The notes: generated from the letters alone by a model not told the origin. A stretch of DNA of 64,000 nt from a virus (IMGVR_UViG_3300001533_000890:449-64448), one strand, 5' to 3'; numbered from the stretch's first letter, positions 37,501 to 47,132 are shown. Numbers and translations are program-made.

Positions 37501-38279
37501 CCTGTATCTGTTACTCCAACAACGCGGACTTTGGTGGCCTTGCCCAAAATGACTTGTACTTGGTCCCTCCAATTGGGGGAAATATCGTCGCGACCCAGGT
37601 GTTCTGTTGCCGCCTTTAGCTGCATGAAGCCGGGCGTGCCAAACATTTTCTGGTGAGCCACCCACATGCAACCGCCGCACACGTCTAGGTGACTGCCAAA
37701 ATCAAACTCAGCATCGGTACTTAGCTTTCCTAAGATGACCCTAGCAATTGCTGCGTGTTCAGTATGGTTCGCTGTACGGGGCCTAGAAGCCTCGTCAAAC
37801 CACACGTAAAGATGAAGGCCCTTACCACCGGTAGACTTGATTACATCGACGTAGGGAAGCTCACAGGCAGCCCTACACACCTTCTCAAGCTGTTCCGGGG
37901 TGACCCCAGTGCCCGGGGCGTGGCTGGTAATTTCATCGAAGTCAAATCCAACAGCCACGGACTCTCTGGCAGTCCAGTTCCACCAAGTTGTGCCGACGCC
38001 CAACCAATGGCGTTCCAAGAGAAATGGTAACTCTCGATCTTTCCAGAATGGTTCGGCCATTGCGTTTTTGGGCCATCGAATATTGAACCACGTTTCGTTA
38101 CCATCTGTCCAGGTATTTCGTTTACCTTCAACCCGCGTGCCGTTACCCGGCGCAACTAAAAGCTGTGTCTCAAGGTGTCGCAGGTTGTCGAGCCATTGCT
38201 TAAAAAATGGAGGGTTGCTGTGCTTTGGCAGGACGTGATTGGTAAAGTATGTCTCAAAAGCATTAAGAATTGTTGCCAT
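34560..38279 (-). CDS. bifunctional AEP primase-polymerase / D5-like SF3 helicase, interrupted by an intein
   Basis: AEP motifs VGFDFDEITSH and STGGKGLHLYVWF. Walker A LFMYGPQNSGKS near the C-terminus. Intein boundaries QPN|CLAGDT and ILTGN|CF. Confidence 0.75.
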   Translation of the reverse strand: MATILNAFETYFTNHVLPKHSNPPFFKQWLDNLRHLETQLLVAPGNGTRVEGKRNTWTDGNETWFNIRWPKNAMAEPFWKDRELPFLLERHWLGVGTTWWNWTARESVAVGFDFDEITSHAPGTGVTPEQLEKVCRAACELPYVDVIKSTGGKGLHLYVWFDEASRPRTANHTEHAAIARVILGKLSTDAEFDFGSHLDVCGGCMWVAHQKMFGTPGFMQLKAATEHLGRDDISPNWRDQVQVILGKATKVRVVGVTDTGEEVDAQDPLSELTTAHPKVPLDETHRRIISDLELTGASCVWIPDHHLLQTHTRALKMVHDQWKTHGQPMRGFFETLSPGNDLGQPNCLAGDTPVITREGVKPISELAGKVVEVVTSRGAWTKAPFKSYGPQKTYAITLKNRRGHTKTFRATGDHRWFVCRQKWGYRKTKVNFGQRVEKVTTALQPNDILVQTPARRGKIRPSVVGIQHGLVWGDGSNGGDRRTSELPLFGKKDAELLKFFAEHPQQPITNSIGGVCVTNLPYHFKSLVPLSYDKPYLYGWLAGYFAADGCVSKEGVCVIRSTNKEAIEHFRNVAHILGIETTQVTWRHHTSGYNPETPVFTTTIKRASLKEDFFLLKKHRNRFKAAKSNRKTQSLWRVVSVQPAGVEEVFCCTVPGTGCFCLEDFILTGNCFLIPKSDGAWLAFRFGQGTVEHDLWQQDRQGWTHIAYNKRPDLQSAAMAFNGAELENSKGFHFKSTDQAQAAVEALGSKLILPEGNTYTDRAVRLRKNTDGRLVVELARRDNDTGFDGWNGSKKNKWVKIFNIVVETNSEEDDATRYDTLVRSCRTPGAADAGWRVNVKKGGWIKHPRENVASVLSLVAPPGLAMTQILGRAIINQWLLVCKPFHPEYPGGRQWNLGAPQLVHQPAQLESDEVPRHPHWDMILTHCGEHITPGVQNASWCRDWGIFNGKDYLTAWISCLLREPFEPLPYLFMYGPQNSGKSIFHEAISLLVTGGVVKADRALTSPGDFNGELANAVLGVVDEVNIAHAGASVYNKIKEWTTSQFISIHAKFQQVYQQRNCLHFVQTANSRDNCPIFPGDTRITATYVSPLIQEIPKPALMRSLEEEAPHFMATLMDLSLPSSGSRLRLPIIDTEGKAQAADANRDPLEEFLAENCYYVPGEKVTLKEFSEKFFETLTAFEQANWSKRRLRQSMPEQYPIGLSNHGRTYIGNLSFTDITVPENTPAYGIQGRCINLKAT
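36270..37241 (-). mobile_element. intein (324 aa) with LAGLIDADG homing endonuclease in the primase-helicase
   Basis: Begins CLAGDTPV. Contains LAGYFAADGCV (LAGLIDADG-type block). Ends with Asn followed by a +1 Cys (TGN|C). Confidence 0.75.
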
Positions 38280-38289
38280 GTGGTCCTCT

Positions 38290-38800
38290 ATGCCAAGGAA
38301 TGAATCAGTAGCGGTAGGTATACTGTGCAGTTAGCGTGCCAATCTCTATTATTATGGTAGCTCAATCCGGATAATATGCTCAGGAATTAAGCGGGGCAGG
38401 GCTGATACCCCGTAATGTGTGTTGTCGGCAGGCTTGGAAACAACACACATATTGGGGGATACGTCAACACTGTTCCTTGCCGCAAAGTCTTACTATATCT
38501 ATACTTAAGTTAAGAGTGTTGACGAGTTGATTAAGAGTTAAGGGTAAGAGAAGCTAGAGAGAAGTTAATTAAAAAGTACAGTAGGGGTAAATAGGGCCAG
38601 TCAACCCGTCAACACTCAACCTTTGCCCTAACTTCTTGCGGCTAAACAAGTTACGTCGACCTCACCACCCCAAAGGTGGTGTTGCGACACTGTTTTTAAT
38701 CAACCCTTCGCGCGCCCCCTAATAGGGGTGTCAACACTACCACTACCTCTTTATAAGGATTGACAAACGACGTGCCGATTCGCAGCACGCTGCCGCTTTT
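38290..38800. promoter_or_regulatory. iteron-rich divergent intergenic region (candidate origin of replication and/or parS, plus divergent promoters)
   Basis: Four copies of cGTCAACACTc (one inverted). 9-bp inverted repeat GTGTGTTGT(14 nt)ACAACACAC. CACCACC/GGTGGTG hairpin. AT-rich TTAATTAAAAAG. Lies between the primase-helicase and ParB starts. Confidence 0.45.
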
Positions 38801-38809
38801 CCACTTTAA

Positions 38810-39796
38810 ATGAGCAGATTTGTGAAAATGAGCTACCATAAGTATAGCATGCAATTGCAGGTTCTTTCACTTGACCGGGTTCGCCCGCCCAGCTTTTTAC
38901 TCCGCCCAGTTCGTACTGACTCGGTAGAGTTCTTAGAAATGCTGGATTCAATCCGGGATAATGGACTTTGGCAGCCAATCCTAGTCCGCTCCGTGGGCGA
39001 TTACTTTGAAATCGTAGAGGGCAACTACCGATACACCTGCTGTAAACAGCTTCGCTACACAGAAATCCCCGCCGTAGTTCGCGTTCTCAGTGACTCCGAA
39101 GTTTTGGTCGCTCAATTACAGGCAAATGGTATTCGGCCCGAGACAACACCGGTCGAGTTTGGCGAGCGGTTGGCACGGCTTTTGCACCTTAATCCTGACA
39201 TAACTATTTCGCGACTGTCTATCTTGATTAGGAAGAGTCCAACATGGATTCGCAAAATTCTCAGCCTTCGGCGTTTACACGCAGACTGTCAACCCCTGGT
39301 GAAAGCTGGACAAATTCCACTCGAATCGGCCCACACGCTATCACGGCTGCCGCATGCAAGTCAGCCAGCTTACTTGGACCTGGCGGCAACACTCCCAGTC
39401 AGGGAGTTCAAGCCTCTGATACACGCCGAAATTAAACGGCTGAGAGAAAATTGTCAGGGTCGCTATATTGAGAACCACCCGGTCAACCAAGAGAAACCTG
39501 TTCCGTATCTTCGGAAAGTTACAGACATAAAGGCTGAATACAGAAACCCCCAAGTCGCTGGCCCGGTGTTGATTAAAACAAACGCCAAAACAGTAATGGA
39601 CGGCTGGAAAGCTTGTTTGGCATGGATTTTGCACCTTGATCCGGATGGTCTTGCAGCCCAAGAAAAGATGATCGTTGCCCGTCGCGGTCAACAGCAACGT
39701 GCTGAGGAACGACGGAGAGCAGAGCGTCAGCAGCTACGAAAGCTAAGACAGGCTGAGGCTGATTTTCAACCCCCTAATCCGAGGACCGATTTATGA
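38810..39796 (+). CDS. ParB/Srx-domain protein (ParB-like nuclease or partition protein)
   Basis: ParB N-terminal domain LQVLSLDRVRPP...QPILVRSVGDYFEIVEGNYRYTCCKQL. Start may be an internal ATG at 38828 or 38849. Confidence 0.6.
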   Translation: MSRFVKMSYHKYSMQLQVLSLDRVRPPSFLLRPVRTDSVEFLEMLDSIRDNGLWQPILVRSVGDYFEIVEGNYRYTCCKQLRYTEIPAVVRVLSDSEVLVAQLQANGIRPETTPVEFGERLARLLHLNPDITISRLSILIRKSPTWIRKILSLRRLHADCQPLVKAGQIPLESAHTLSRLPHASQPAYLDLAATLPVREFKPLIHAEIKRLRENCQGRYIENHPVNQEKPVPYLRKVTDIKAEYRNPQVAGPVLIKTNAKTVMDGWKACLAWILHLDPDGLAAQEKMIVARRGQQQRAEERRRAERQQLRKLRQAEADFQPPNPRTDL

Positions 39797-40500
39797 GTAC
39801 AGAGATGATGCCTTTCGATGTTTCCAATCTTCCTATCCCCGCCACAATGTCTGCCGAGGACCTGAACGAGCTGTCCAAGGGTGTTGACCACCTGCAACGT
39901 ATTCAGCTCGTAACCAAGGGCAAGTACGTTGACACTGGAAAGATTTCGCCCGGCCACTACGGGGTGCCGCAGCCGGGCGGGGAAGAGATTCACGACCTGG
40001 GCCCAGAGATTGATGTACTTCCTCTCTGTGTGCGGCCTAAGGCTTTGGATGTTCGAGACCGCGATGCTATCGTAGCCGTCTACGATATGAGTGACCCTAA
40101 GTTTAAGGAAATTCAGGAAACCTCAGCACTTCCCGGAGAGCAGGGTTGTATGTGGGGTCCCTCTTTCCTGCTTGTGGAGCGTAATACCGGGATGCTTTAT
40201 GAGTTGTTCCTGGGTAACAAATCCGGCCGGGCCGAGTCTGGAAAGCTAGTCAAGTTTCTGCCGGTAACAGGGGATGAGGCTCGTGGTCCGTTGCCCTGTA
40301 CTTTGAAAGCACGCTACGCACGACGTGGCCAAATCGGCTGGCACGTGCCTGTTGTTACTCAATGTTCGGAGCCGTTTACTAACGTGCCTTCTAACGAAAA
40401 GCTGCGGGCCGAAATTACCAAGTTTGTCGAAGTCAAGGTTGAAGGTCCTGAAACTGTCTCAACGGACGAAGCAACCACAACCCGACGACGAGCGCGATAG
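39793..40500 (+). CDS. hypothetical protein
   Basis: 235-aa ORF with ATGA overlap onto the ParB stop, followed by a strong terminator. Confidence 0.4.
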   Translation: MSTEMMPFDVSNLPIPATMSAEDLNELSKGVDHLQRIQLVTKGKYVDTGKISPGHYGVPQPGGEEIHDLGPEIDVLPLCVRPKALDVRDRDAIVAVYDMSDPKFKEIQETSALPGEQGCMWGPSFLLVERNTGMLYELFLGNKSGRAESGKLVKFLPVTGDEARGPLPCTLKARYARRGQIGWHVPVVTQCSEPFTNVPSNEKLRAEITKFVEVKVEGPETVSTDEATTTRRRAR

Positions 40501-40514
40501 AGGTTTCGCAACTG

Positions 40515-40548
40515 GGACCGCCCATTGGGCGGTCCCTCTTTTACTTAG
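40515..40548 (+). terminator. rho-independent terminator
   Basis: GGGACCGCCCAttGGGCGGTCCC followed by TCTTTT. Confidence 0.7.
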
Positions 40549-40558
40549 GGTACTTATA

Positions 40559-40999
40559 ATGTTACGTTTTGGACCTGTCACTTGGGCTCGATCTTTGGTA
40601 GCCGGTTTTTGCAACTTTTTCTCTCGACGCCCCACTCAAGTTCCGGGTAAGAAAGAAACTTTCTCGCCCAAAACCAGTATCGACGAACTTAAGCATGCGC
40701 GGGCAAGCTTTCGGATGCTGGAAGCGCAGTCAAAGGCCCAAGCTGCGCAATTTATGATGCGCCAAACTCTACAAGCTTTTCGACCTAGCCGCTCACTACC
40801 CACCCTTATGTACCATGACGGTTTTCGGTGGGTTTGTTCGTACGGTGTAGCTCCGGGAGGAATGGATGAGTTTTTACCGACTTGCACAGGCGGTTCAACT
40901 GGGGTTGAAGCCTACGGAGAGAACCCAGAAGAAGCTTCAAAGAACTTCGATGAAATGTGGCTTGGAACCACGCCCGGGGATAAGACAAATGAAAAGTAA
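40559..40999 (+). CDS. hypothetical protein
   Basis: 146 aa. ATG 40559 immediately follows a TATAAT-like element. Confidence 0.35.
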   Translation: MLRFGPVTWARSLVAGFCNFFSRRPTQVPGKKETFSPKTSIDELKHARASFRMLEAQSKAQAAQFMMRQTLQAFRPSRSLPTLMYHDGFRWVCSYGVAPGGMDEFLPTCTGGSTGVEAYGENPEEASKNFDEMWLGTTPGDKTNEK

Positions 41000-41459
41000 A
41001 CGCCACGCCCTTAGTGAATTTTATTACCGTGGCACCGTTCTAAACATCGTGCCCGGCAGCGTACTTTCAATAATCACAGACGAAGGCCCTGTGGGTGTAT
41101 GCGGGCAGTCAATGTCAATTACCAGCCCACACACAACGATACATTGGTACCCGTCAGAAGATGGATACCGTGCGAGGCCACCACAACCACGCCCTGGCAA
41201 GAATACACGGGAGCGAGTGGTTGTAGTTGGTGATTGGTCTTCCCCAGGTCCAATTAGTTTAGTCGAGCATCGTGACACGCGGGAGGACGGTTGCCAAAGA
41301 GCATCCTTTGTTGATTTAATGAACACGTATTGTCGCGAAGAGGGCGTGCCTGAATGTTTTCATCTTTCTGATGACTTGCGACCGTATCTTGATAGGCTGG
41401 TGTCCAAGCTAAGGCAGCGCGCAGTTGTAACAAAACCCAAAGGCCGGGAGGGTATTTAG
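40989..41459 (+). CDS. hypothetical protein
   Basis: 156-aa ORF from ATG 40989 that overlaps the previous gene's stop. Confidence 0.35.
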   Translation: MKSKRHALSEFYYRGTVLNIVPGSVLSIITDEGPVGVCGQSMSITSPHTTIHWYPSEDGYRARPPQPRPGKNTRERVVVVGDWSSPGPISLVEHRDTREDGCQRASFVDLMNTYCREEGVPECFHLSDDLRPYLDRLVSKLRQRAVVTKPKGREGI

Positions 41460-41987
41460 ATGGCGGGCGCATGTCTCATTGCACAGACAAAACTTAGTTT
41501 GGACGCTTTTTTGCCGCTGGCACGCGACCTTGTTGGGTACAGCGTGGCTCAAGCGGCCGACAGTGTCCCCGTGCCACTGCCACCCATGGCCCATAACCTT
41601 GCTTGCTATTCGTCATTTAAGGACCGAAAAGCATCGCCCTCGGTACGGTTAGCTGAGCCATTCTATGGACTTTTCTCGACAACCTTTCTGGTAGCAACCT
41701 TTGAAAATGATATGGCCGAGGTTCTCGAAACTGCGGGCGGCATGGAATTTGCGATAGTTGATACGGTAGAGCGACGAATCCAGGCCGCAATTATCCATGG
41801 AACACTGGCTCAATGGCGTAGAGCAATTTTAAGGGCTTGCGGCCCTAAAACAAAACTTGAACAGGAAGCCAGGCAGGTTTACACTTTGGTCTTTAATAAA
41901 CTGTGTCAACTAGGTTTACGTGAAATGTTCGATACGTTGAAGGTTGGGGCGCGGCAGGACAGGACACTTTTGTTGGAGTCAAAGTAG
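41460..41987 (+). CDS. hypothetical protein
   Basis: 175 aa ORF. Confidence 0.35.
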   Translation: MAGACLIAQTKLSLDAFLPLARDLVGYSVAQAADSVPVPLPPMAHNLACYSSFKDRKASPSVRLAEPFYGLFSTTFLVATFENDMAEVLETAGGMEFAIVDTVERRIQAAIIHGTLAQWRRAILRACGPKTKLEQEARQVYTLVFNKLCQLGLREMFDTLKVGARQDRTLLLESK

Positions 41988-42178
41988 TGTTTTACATCAC
42001 CGTATTGGCCGGGCGTCGTCCCGCTGTTGTGACCGACGGTCGTGGTCGTGCCAGAAGTTTTCCGAAAGCCAAGAAAGCTTACAATTTTGTCGAAGGCAGA
42101 CCCTATCTACGGGCAATGAAACCACGCGTAGTGGAAAGTCTTAACTCGCAACTAGCTACTTTCAAGGTTGACCTATGA
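41987..42178 (+). CDS. hypothetical small protein
   Basis: 63-aa ORF, ATGA-coupled to the methyltransferase gene. Confidence 0.25.
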   Translation: MFYITVLAGRRPAVVTDGRGRARSFPKAKKAYNFVEGRPYLRAMKPRVVESLNSQLATFKVDL

Positions 42179-42954
42179 ACCAGCCGCCATCGACTCTCGA
42201 TATTTTCCAAGGCGACAACCTCAAAATCTTGTCTCGTTTCGACCGACCATGTTTTGATTTGATTTACATGGATCCGCCTTTTAATACGGGCCGTACTCAA
42301 AAGGCTGCCGAGGGTACGTATGCCGATACTTTTGAGGACTACTCAGCGTTTCTTGAACCACGTCTTAAAGCGGCCTTTGAGCTACTTGATGCGGCGGGGA
42401 CTTTGTGTGTTCATTTGGACTACCGGGAAGTCCACTACGTAAAAGTCTTGCTGGACCGGCTTGTTGGCCGCGAGTGTTTTCTTAACGAAATTATCTGGGC
42501 GTATGACTTTGGTGGTCGGGCAAAGAAGCGCTGGTCTGCCAAACACGACACTCTTTTACTCTATGTAAAGGACGCGAAGGAGTATACATTTCGCTTTGAT
42601 GACATGGAACGCATCCCCTACATGGCCCCCGGGCTGGCGGGTCCGGAAAAAGCTGCGAGGGGGAAAACTCCGACCGACGTGTGGTGGCACACAGTTGTCC
42701 ACACCCGGGGGAAAGAACGTTGCGGCTACCCCACTCAGAAACCAGTCGGCTTGCTTAATCGATTGATAACAGTCCACACACATCCCGGCGACCTTGTGTT
42801 GGATTGTTTTGCCGGGTCTGGCACAACCGGCGAAGCAGCTCTTAAAAACGGACGCAGCGCCGTACTCATTGACTCAAATCCGGACGCGATTAAAGTAATG
42901 ATGCGCCGTCTTGAAGAATATTCTCCTCGCCTCCACCCGGAATCCCATGCCTGA
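42175..42954 (+). CDS. DNA methyltransferase, beta-class (N6-adenine or N4-cytosine)
   Basis: Motif IV LIYMDPPFNTGR occurs before motif I CFAGSGTTGEAALKNGRSAVLIDSNPDA. Confidence 0.7.
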   Translation: MNQPPSTLDIFQGDNLKILSRFDRPCFDLIYMDPPFNTGRTQKAAEGTYADTFEDYSAFLEPRLKAAFELLDAAGTLCVHLDYREVHYVKVLLDRLVGRECFLNEIIWAYDFGGRAKKRWSAKHDTLLLYVKDAKEYTFRFDDMERIPYMAPGLAGPEKAARGKTPTDVWWHTVVHTRGKERCGYPTQKPVGLLNRLITVHTHPGDLVLDCFAGSGTTGEAALKNGRSAVLIDSNPDAIKVMMRRLEEYSPRLHPESHA

Positions 42955-45724
42955 ACTTCAAACACTTAAACTGATAACTGAAACGGCTTCTGGCACACTT
43001 GTTAAGCAGCCCGTCACTATTCGTGTTGTAAGAAACCGGATTGAATTTGTCAAGTCTCCCTTTGGTTTGAAGGATGAGATTAAGGCAATGAAGGGTTCAA
43101 AGTGGCATGGTTTTGAAGACCCGCCACGAAAGATTTGGAGTGTAGCAGACTGCGACCGCAACCGTTTTCAACTCGCCTACATGGCGGGTGAAAATCCTTA
43201 TGAATGGTGGGACCGCCCTCTTATCGAGCATGAGTATGAGCGGCCACTGCGTGAACACCAGAAGTTGATGGCAAACTTCGGCCTTACGTACCATTTTGGT
43301 ATCTTTGCGGCCGAGATGGGATGTATTGCCGGGGATGCAACCGTCCATGTGAATCGCGCGGGCAAGAGTTTTTCAATAACTCTTGCAGAGCTATGTTACA
43401 AGTTTCATGGCGGGGCCACTTACAACGGACCTACAACGCTAAATCGCCCTTCTAAACGAGTCTGGGATACATCTATCGACACCTTTGTACGGGGGTTTCG
43501 GGGCGAAGCGTTTGGTCTAACAAAGATCATTGATGTAGTTTTCCAGGGCCACAAGAAAGTTAAGTTGTTGAGGACTAAATCCGGCAAAGTGCTGCGGCTT
43601 ACTCCTGACCACGAGCTGTGCATCAATGCTTACCGGTATGGCACATTCAAACCTCTCAATGAATTGATGCCCGGGGATTATATCATGGTGGCCGCTCCTG
43701 ATGGATTTGCCCGGCAGTCGCGGGCCGTGCCGCAAACGCCTCCTAGCCGGTTGACAAAAACAACGCAACAAGGTCTGGGGCATTTTATTGACAACGACGG
43801 GTATGTTCGTGTTGGAGGTTTGAAAGGCCACCCCCGCGCCAACCGATCGAATCAGGTGTATGAACACATTCTCGTAGTAGAGGAACTGTTAGGTCGACGG
43901 GTCACAGTAAAAGAGCAGATTCACCATTTGAATCAGCAGCGGTGGGATAATCGGCCGGAGAACTTGGTGGTCTGCACAGCAAGAGAGCATGCAGACTTTC
44001 ATAGTGGTAATAAGGTTCACTTACACAATGGTACTAACTCATCTGCGTTCTGTTTTTGTTTTGACCCAATCGCGTCAATCGAGGATGGTGGCACCGTTGA
44101 TGTATACGACATAAAGTGTGAGGGGCCCTACCACAACTTCATCGCTAATGGTATTGTAGTACACAATTGCGGCAAGACCCTTAGTGCTATAGAGGTTATG
44201 GAACAGTCGGGCTACAATGATTGGATTTGGGTTGGCCCCAAGGCGGGCCTCCGCGCGGTTGAACGTGAGTTTCATAAGTGGGGACTTACTGATGTAAACC
44301 TCGATCTATTTACGTATGAAGCTCTGACCTCTAAGATGAAGAATTGGACACCAGGCGACCTTCCCCCTCACGGTGTCATCTTTGACGAGTCAAGCAGACT
44401 TAAGAATCACCATAGCCAACGGGCCCAGGCCGCGCAGGCATTAGCTGACGGCATCCGGGCCGAGTATGGTCGCGATGGGTTCGTTATTCTAATGACCGGC
44501 ACTCCATCCCCTAAGTCTCCTGTAGATTGGTGGTCCCAGGCTGAGATTGCGTGCCCTGGTTTTCTGCGCGAAGGTGACATGAGGGCTTTTGAACGAAGGC
44601 TGGGCATCTTTGTAGAGAAAGAAACATCTCAAGGCAAGCACCTTCAACGTGTAACATGGTTGGATACAGAAGAAAAGTGTGCTATTTGCGGTGGCCTTGA
44701 GGATGAAGAACAGCATCAATTTGAATACGCCGAGGATTACCACCGATGGAAACCAAGCGTCAATGAAGTTGCGTTACTGCACGAACGCCTGGACGGATTG
44801 GCCCTTGTAATGCACAAGAAGGATTGGCTCGACCTTCCCGAGAAACAATACCGAGTTGTGCAGTGTGAAGTTACACCCACTATTGACCGCGTAGCCAAGG
44901 CTCTGGTTAAACTGGCGCCTAATGCCATGACAGGTTTGACGTGGTTGCGGGAGCTAAGCGATGGATTTCAATATAGAGAAGAGGTTCAGGGGACGGAGCC
45001 CTGCCCCGCATGCGCGAACACAGATACCCCGGGTAAGTTGCCAGTTTGGGTTGATCCAGATGATCCTGACCGAACTTTTGAAATGGTAGACATGCTGGAC
45101 CCTGAGTATGTTTCGACCTTATCAAAAGAACTGCAAACCTGCAAAACATGCGATGGTACATTAGAAGTGCCTCATAAGGTGCGAGTTATTCGAGAGGTTC
45201 CGACGCCTAAAGAGAAGGCCACAATTGAACTGCTAGAAGAGAACGAAGAAACCGGACGCTTGGTTATTTTTGCAGGGTTCACCGGCTCTCTTGATCGGCT
45301 GGGAAAGCTATGCCAAAAGCAGCGCTGGGCAGTGATCCGGGTGGATGGCCGTGGGTGGAAAGTTTGGGATAGCGCTGGCAACCCAATAGTCGTTGAAAAT
45401 CCACTGGATTATTGGGCCGACTTAGAACACAACCCTCGTGTTGTTTTTGTCGCACACCCAAAGTCAGGCGGTATGAGTTTAACTCTCACCGAAGCGTCTA
45501 TGGCGGTATTCTACTCCAATGATTTCTCACCAGAGTCGAGATCCCAGGCGGAAGATCGAATTCATAGAATTGGTGTGGATGAGAACAAAGGTGCCACTAT
45601 TGTTGACCTTATCCATTTACCTACTGATGAGCATGTACGTAGTATTCTCCGTGAGAATCGCAGGCTTGAATTAATGACTCTTGGCGATATTGCCGCAACC
45701 GTTGGCGTGGAGACTGATGAATGA
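42946..45724 (+). CDS. SNF2-family helicase/ATPase with an intein inserted in the Walker A P-loop
   Basis: The exteins AAEMG|...|CGKTLSA rejoin as GCGKT. DExH box VIFDESSRLKNHH. C-terminal helicase domain with a Zn-ribbon. Confidence 0.7.
43322..44167 (+). mobile_element. intein (282 aa) with HNH homing endonuclease, inserted in the helicase P-loop
   Basis: Starts CIAGDATV, ends IVVHN with a +1 Cys. HNH motif EQIHHLNQQRWDNRPENLVVCTAREHADFH. Confidence 0.75.
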
Positions 45725-46218
45725 AGACCCTTATTATGACGGTGGGTTTACCTCGATCAGGTAAAAGTACATGGGCAAGAACGCAGCGACACCCAATAGT
45801 TAATGGGGACTCGATTCGATTGGCATTACATGGGCAGCCCTATGTTTTGGAGGCTGAGCCAATGGTTTCATGTGTTAAGCACCTGATGGTAAAGGCTTTA
45901 CTCCTTGCGGGCCATGACACGGTTATTCTCGACGGTACACACACAACGCAGGCTAACCGTGATAGATGGCTTTCACCTGATTGGGACCGGGTATTTATCA
46001 CGTTTGGGGGCCCCGAGATGTTGGACGTATGCTTAGAGCGTGCCTTGAAAACTTGTATCGGCCGCAAGCATGTTGAAGACCTTACAATGTCTATTCGACG
46101 CATGGCCCGGGGGTACGAACGCCCTACATCTTTTGAGAAGACAGTGGGTATTTATACCCACTCCGAACACCCGGTACAGGGAGAACTTACACCTTTTCCG
46201 GAGATTAGAAATGCCTGA
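45721..46218 (+). CDS. P-loop kinase, polynucleotide-kinase-like
   Basis: Walker A GLPRSGKST, VILDGTH, RDRW. 165 aa, small Pnk or AAA_33-like. Confidence 0.5.
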   Translation: MKTLIMTVGLPRSGKSTWARTQRHPIVNGDSIRLALHGQPYVLEAEPMVSCVKHLMVKALLLAGHDTVILDGTHTTQANRDRWLSPDWDRVFITFGGPEMLDVCLERALKTCIGRKHVEDLTMSIRRMARGYERPTSFEKTVGIYTHSEHPVQGELTPFPEIRNA

Positions 46219-46630
46219 TGATGGACTAATTGTCGCAGTTGACTTTGATGGTACCTGTGTTACACATGAGTTTCCGGCCGTTGGACGATCTATCGGTGCC
46301 GAACCCGTGCTACGTCGCATGCTCAGCGAGGGGGCAAAGTTAATCCTTTGGACAATGAGGAGCGGCAAAGAATTGCGTGATGCAGTTCGCTGGTTTACAG
46401 ACCGTCGTATCCCTCTTTTTGGCGTCAATCAAAATCCGGACCAGCACAACTGGACACAGAGTCCAAAAGCCTATGCACACGTTTACATCGATGACCTGTC
46501 GGTTGGAGTACCGCTTACCCTTGGGCTAAGTGACCGGCCGTACATTGATTGGCCCGCAGTTGAGGCCCTGCTATTCGGGCGGGGTGGCATATTTAACAAA
46601 AGGAGAAGTAATGAATCCTTACAAGATTAA
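46211..46630 (+). CDS. HAD-superfamily phosphatase (polynucleotide 3'-phosphatase-like)
   Basis: HAD motif I VAVDFDGTCV, motif II WTMRSG, motif IV YIDDLSVG. Overlaps the kinase stop. Confidence 0.5.
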   Translation: MPDDGLIVAVDFDGTCVTHEFPAVGRSIGAEPVLRRMLSEGAKLILWTMRSGKELRDAVRWFTDRRIPLFGVNQNPDQHNWTQSPKAYAHVYIDDLSVGVPLTLGLSDRPYIDWPAVEALLFGRGGIFNKRRSNESLQD

Positions 46631-46832
46631 TCGGTGGTGCTACATGGCAGCGATGGGGTGTATTGTGGCAGCAGCAACTCTCGGCCTATCGGCAATTTGG
46701 GTGGATGCTATTTGGAATAGCCCCCTTATGCCCCGTTGTTGGTATTCAATCGGGCTACTATTTGTTACCTCATTTGCTGGCGTCAGTGTAACCTACCTTT
46801 TAACTCCCGAGATGAAGAATGATCGCACGTAA
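46611..46832 (+). CDS. small membrane protein
   Basis: AAAGGAGAAG ribosome-binding site, then ATG. Two hydrophobic helices. Confidence 0.35.
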   Translation: MNPYKINRWCYMAAMGCIVAAATLGLSAIWVDAIWNSPLMPRCWYSIGLLFVTSFAGVSVTYLLTPEMKNDRT

Positions 46833-46919
46833 TGTTGCCACCGAATCCCGGCCCCTGTTGTTGAGTCTTGAAGACTGTATTCATTATTTGGCGACACATT
46901 GTCAGCCTGAAAGGAAGCT

Positions 46920-47111
46920 ATGAAAACGAGTTTACGTGCCCCTGCACTTTTCCTGTCTCTCACACTCCTAGCCGTTACCACTACTGTTATGGCGGCGGTA
47001 GGTTTCTGGGGCGAAGTGACGCAATTCTCGCTACTGGCAACAGGCGCGGGAGGGGCGACAGCAGTTGTGACACTTCTTCGTCTTGGAATACCTCCACGAG
47101 CTAATCAGTAA
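46920..47111 (+). CDS. small membrane protein
   Basis: AAGGAAG ribosome-binding site, then ATG. 63 aa, hydrophobic. Confidence 0.35.
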   Translation: MKTSLRAPALFLSLTLLAVTTTVMAAVGFWGEVTQFSLLATGAGGATAVVTLLRLGIPPRANQ

Positions 47112-47132
47112 CATTTAACCGAGAGAAATGCC

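Noticed and set aside
40550-40560. TATAAT hexamer immediately before ATG 40559 as a promoter -10 element
   Set aside because: It directly abuts the start codon and has no convincing -35 element at 16-18 nt. It is more likely part of the AT-rich translation-initiation region following the terminator.
42946-46218. Identical ATGCCTGA start/stop overlap at two gene junctions (42946 and 46211) as a possible shared regulatory element
   Set aside because: This is only an 8-nt coincidence of overlapping stop and start codons, both followed by an MP dipeptide, with no extended similarity.
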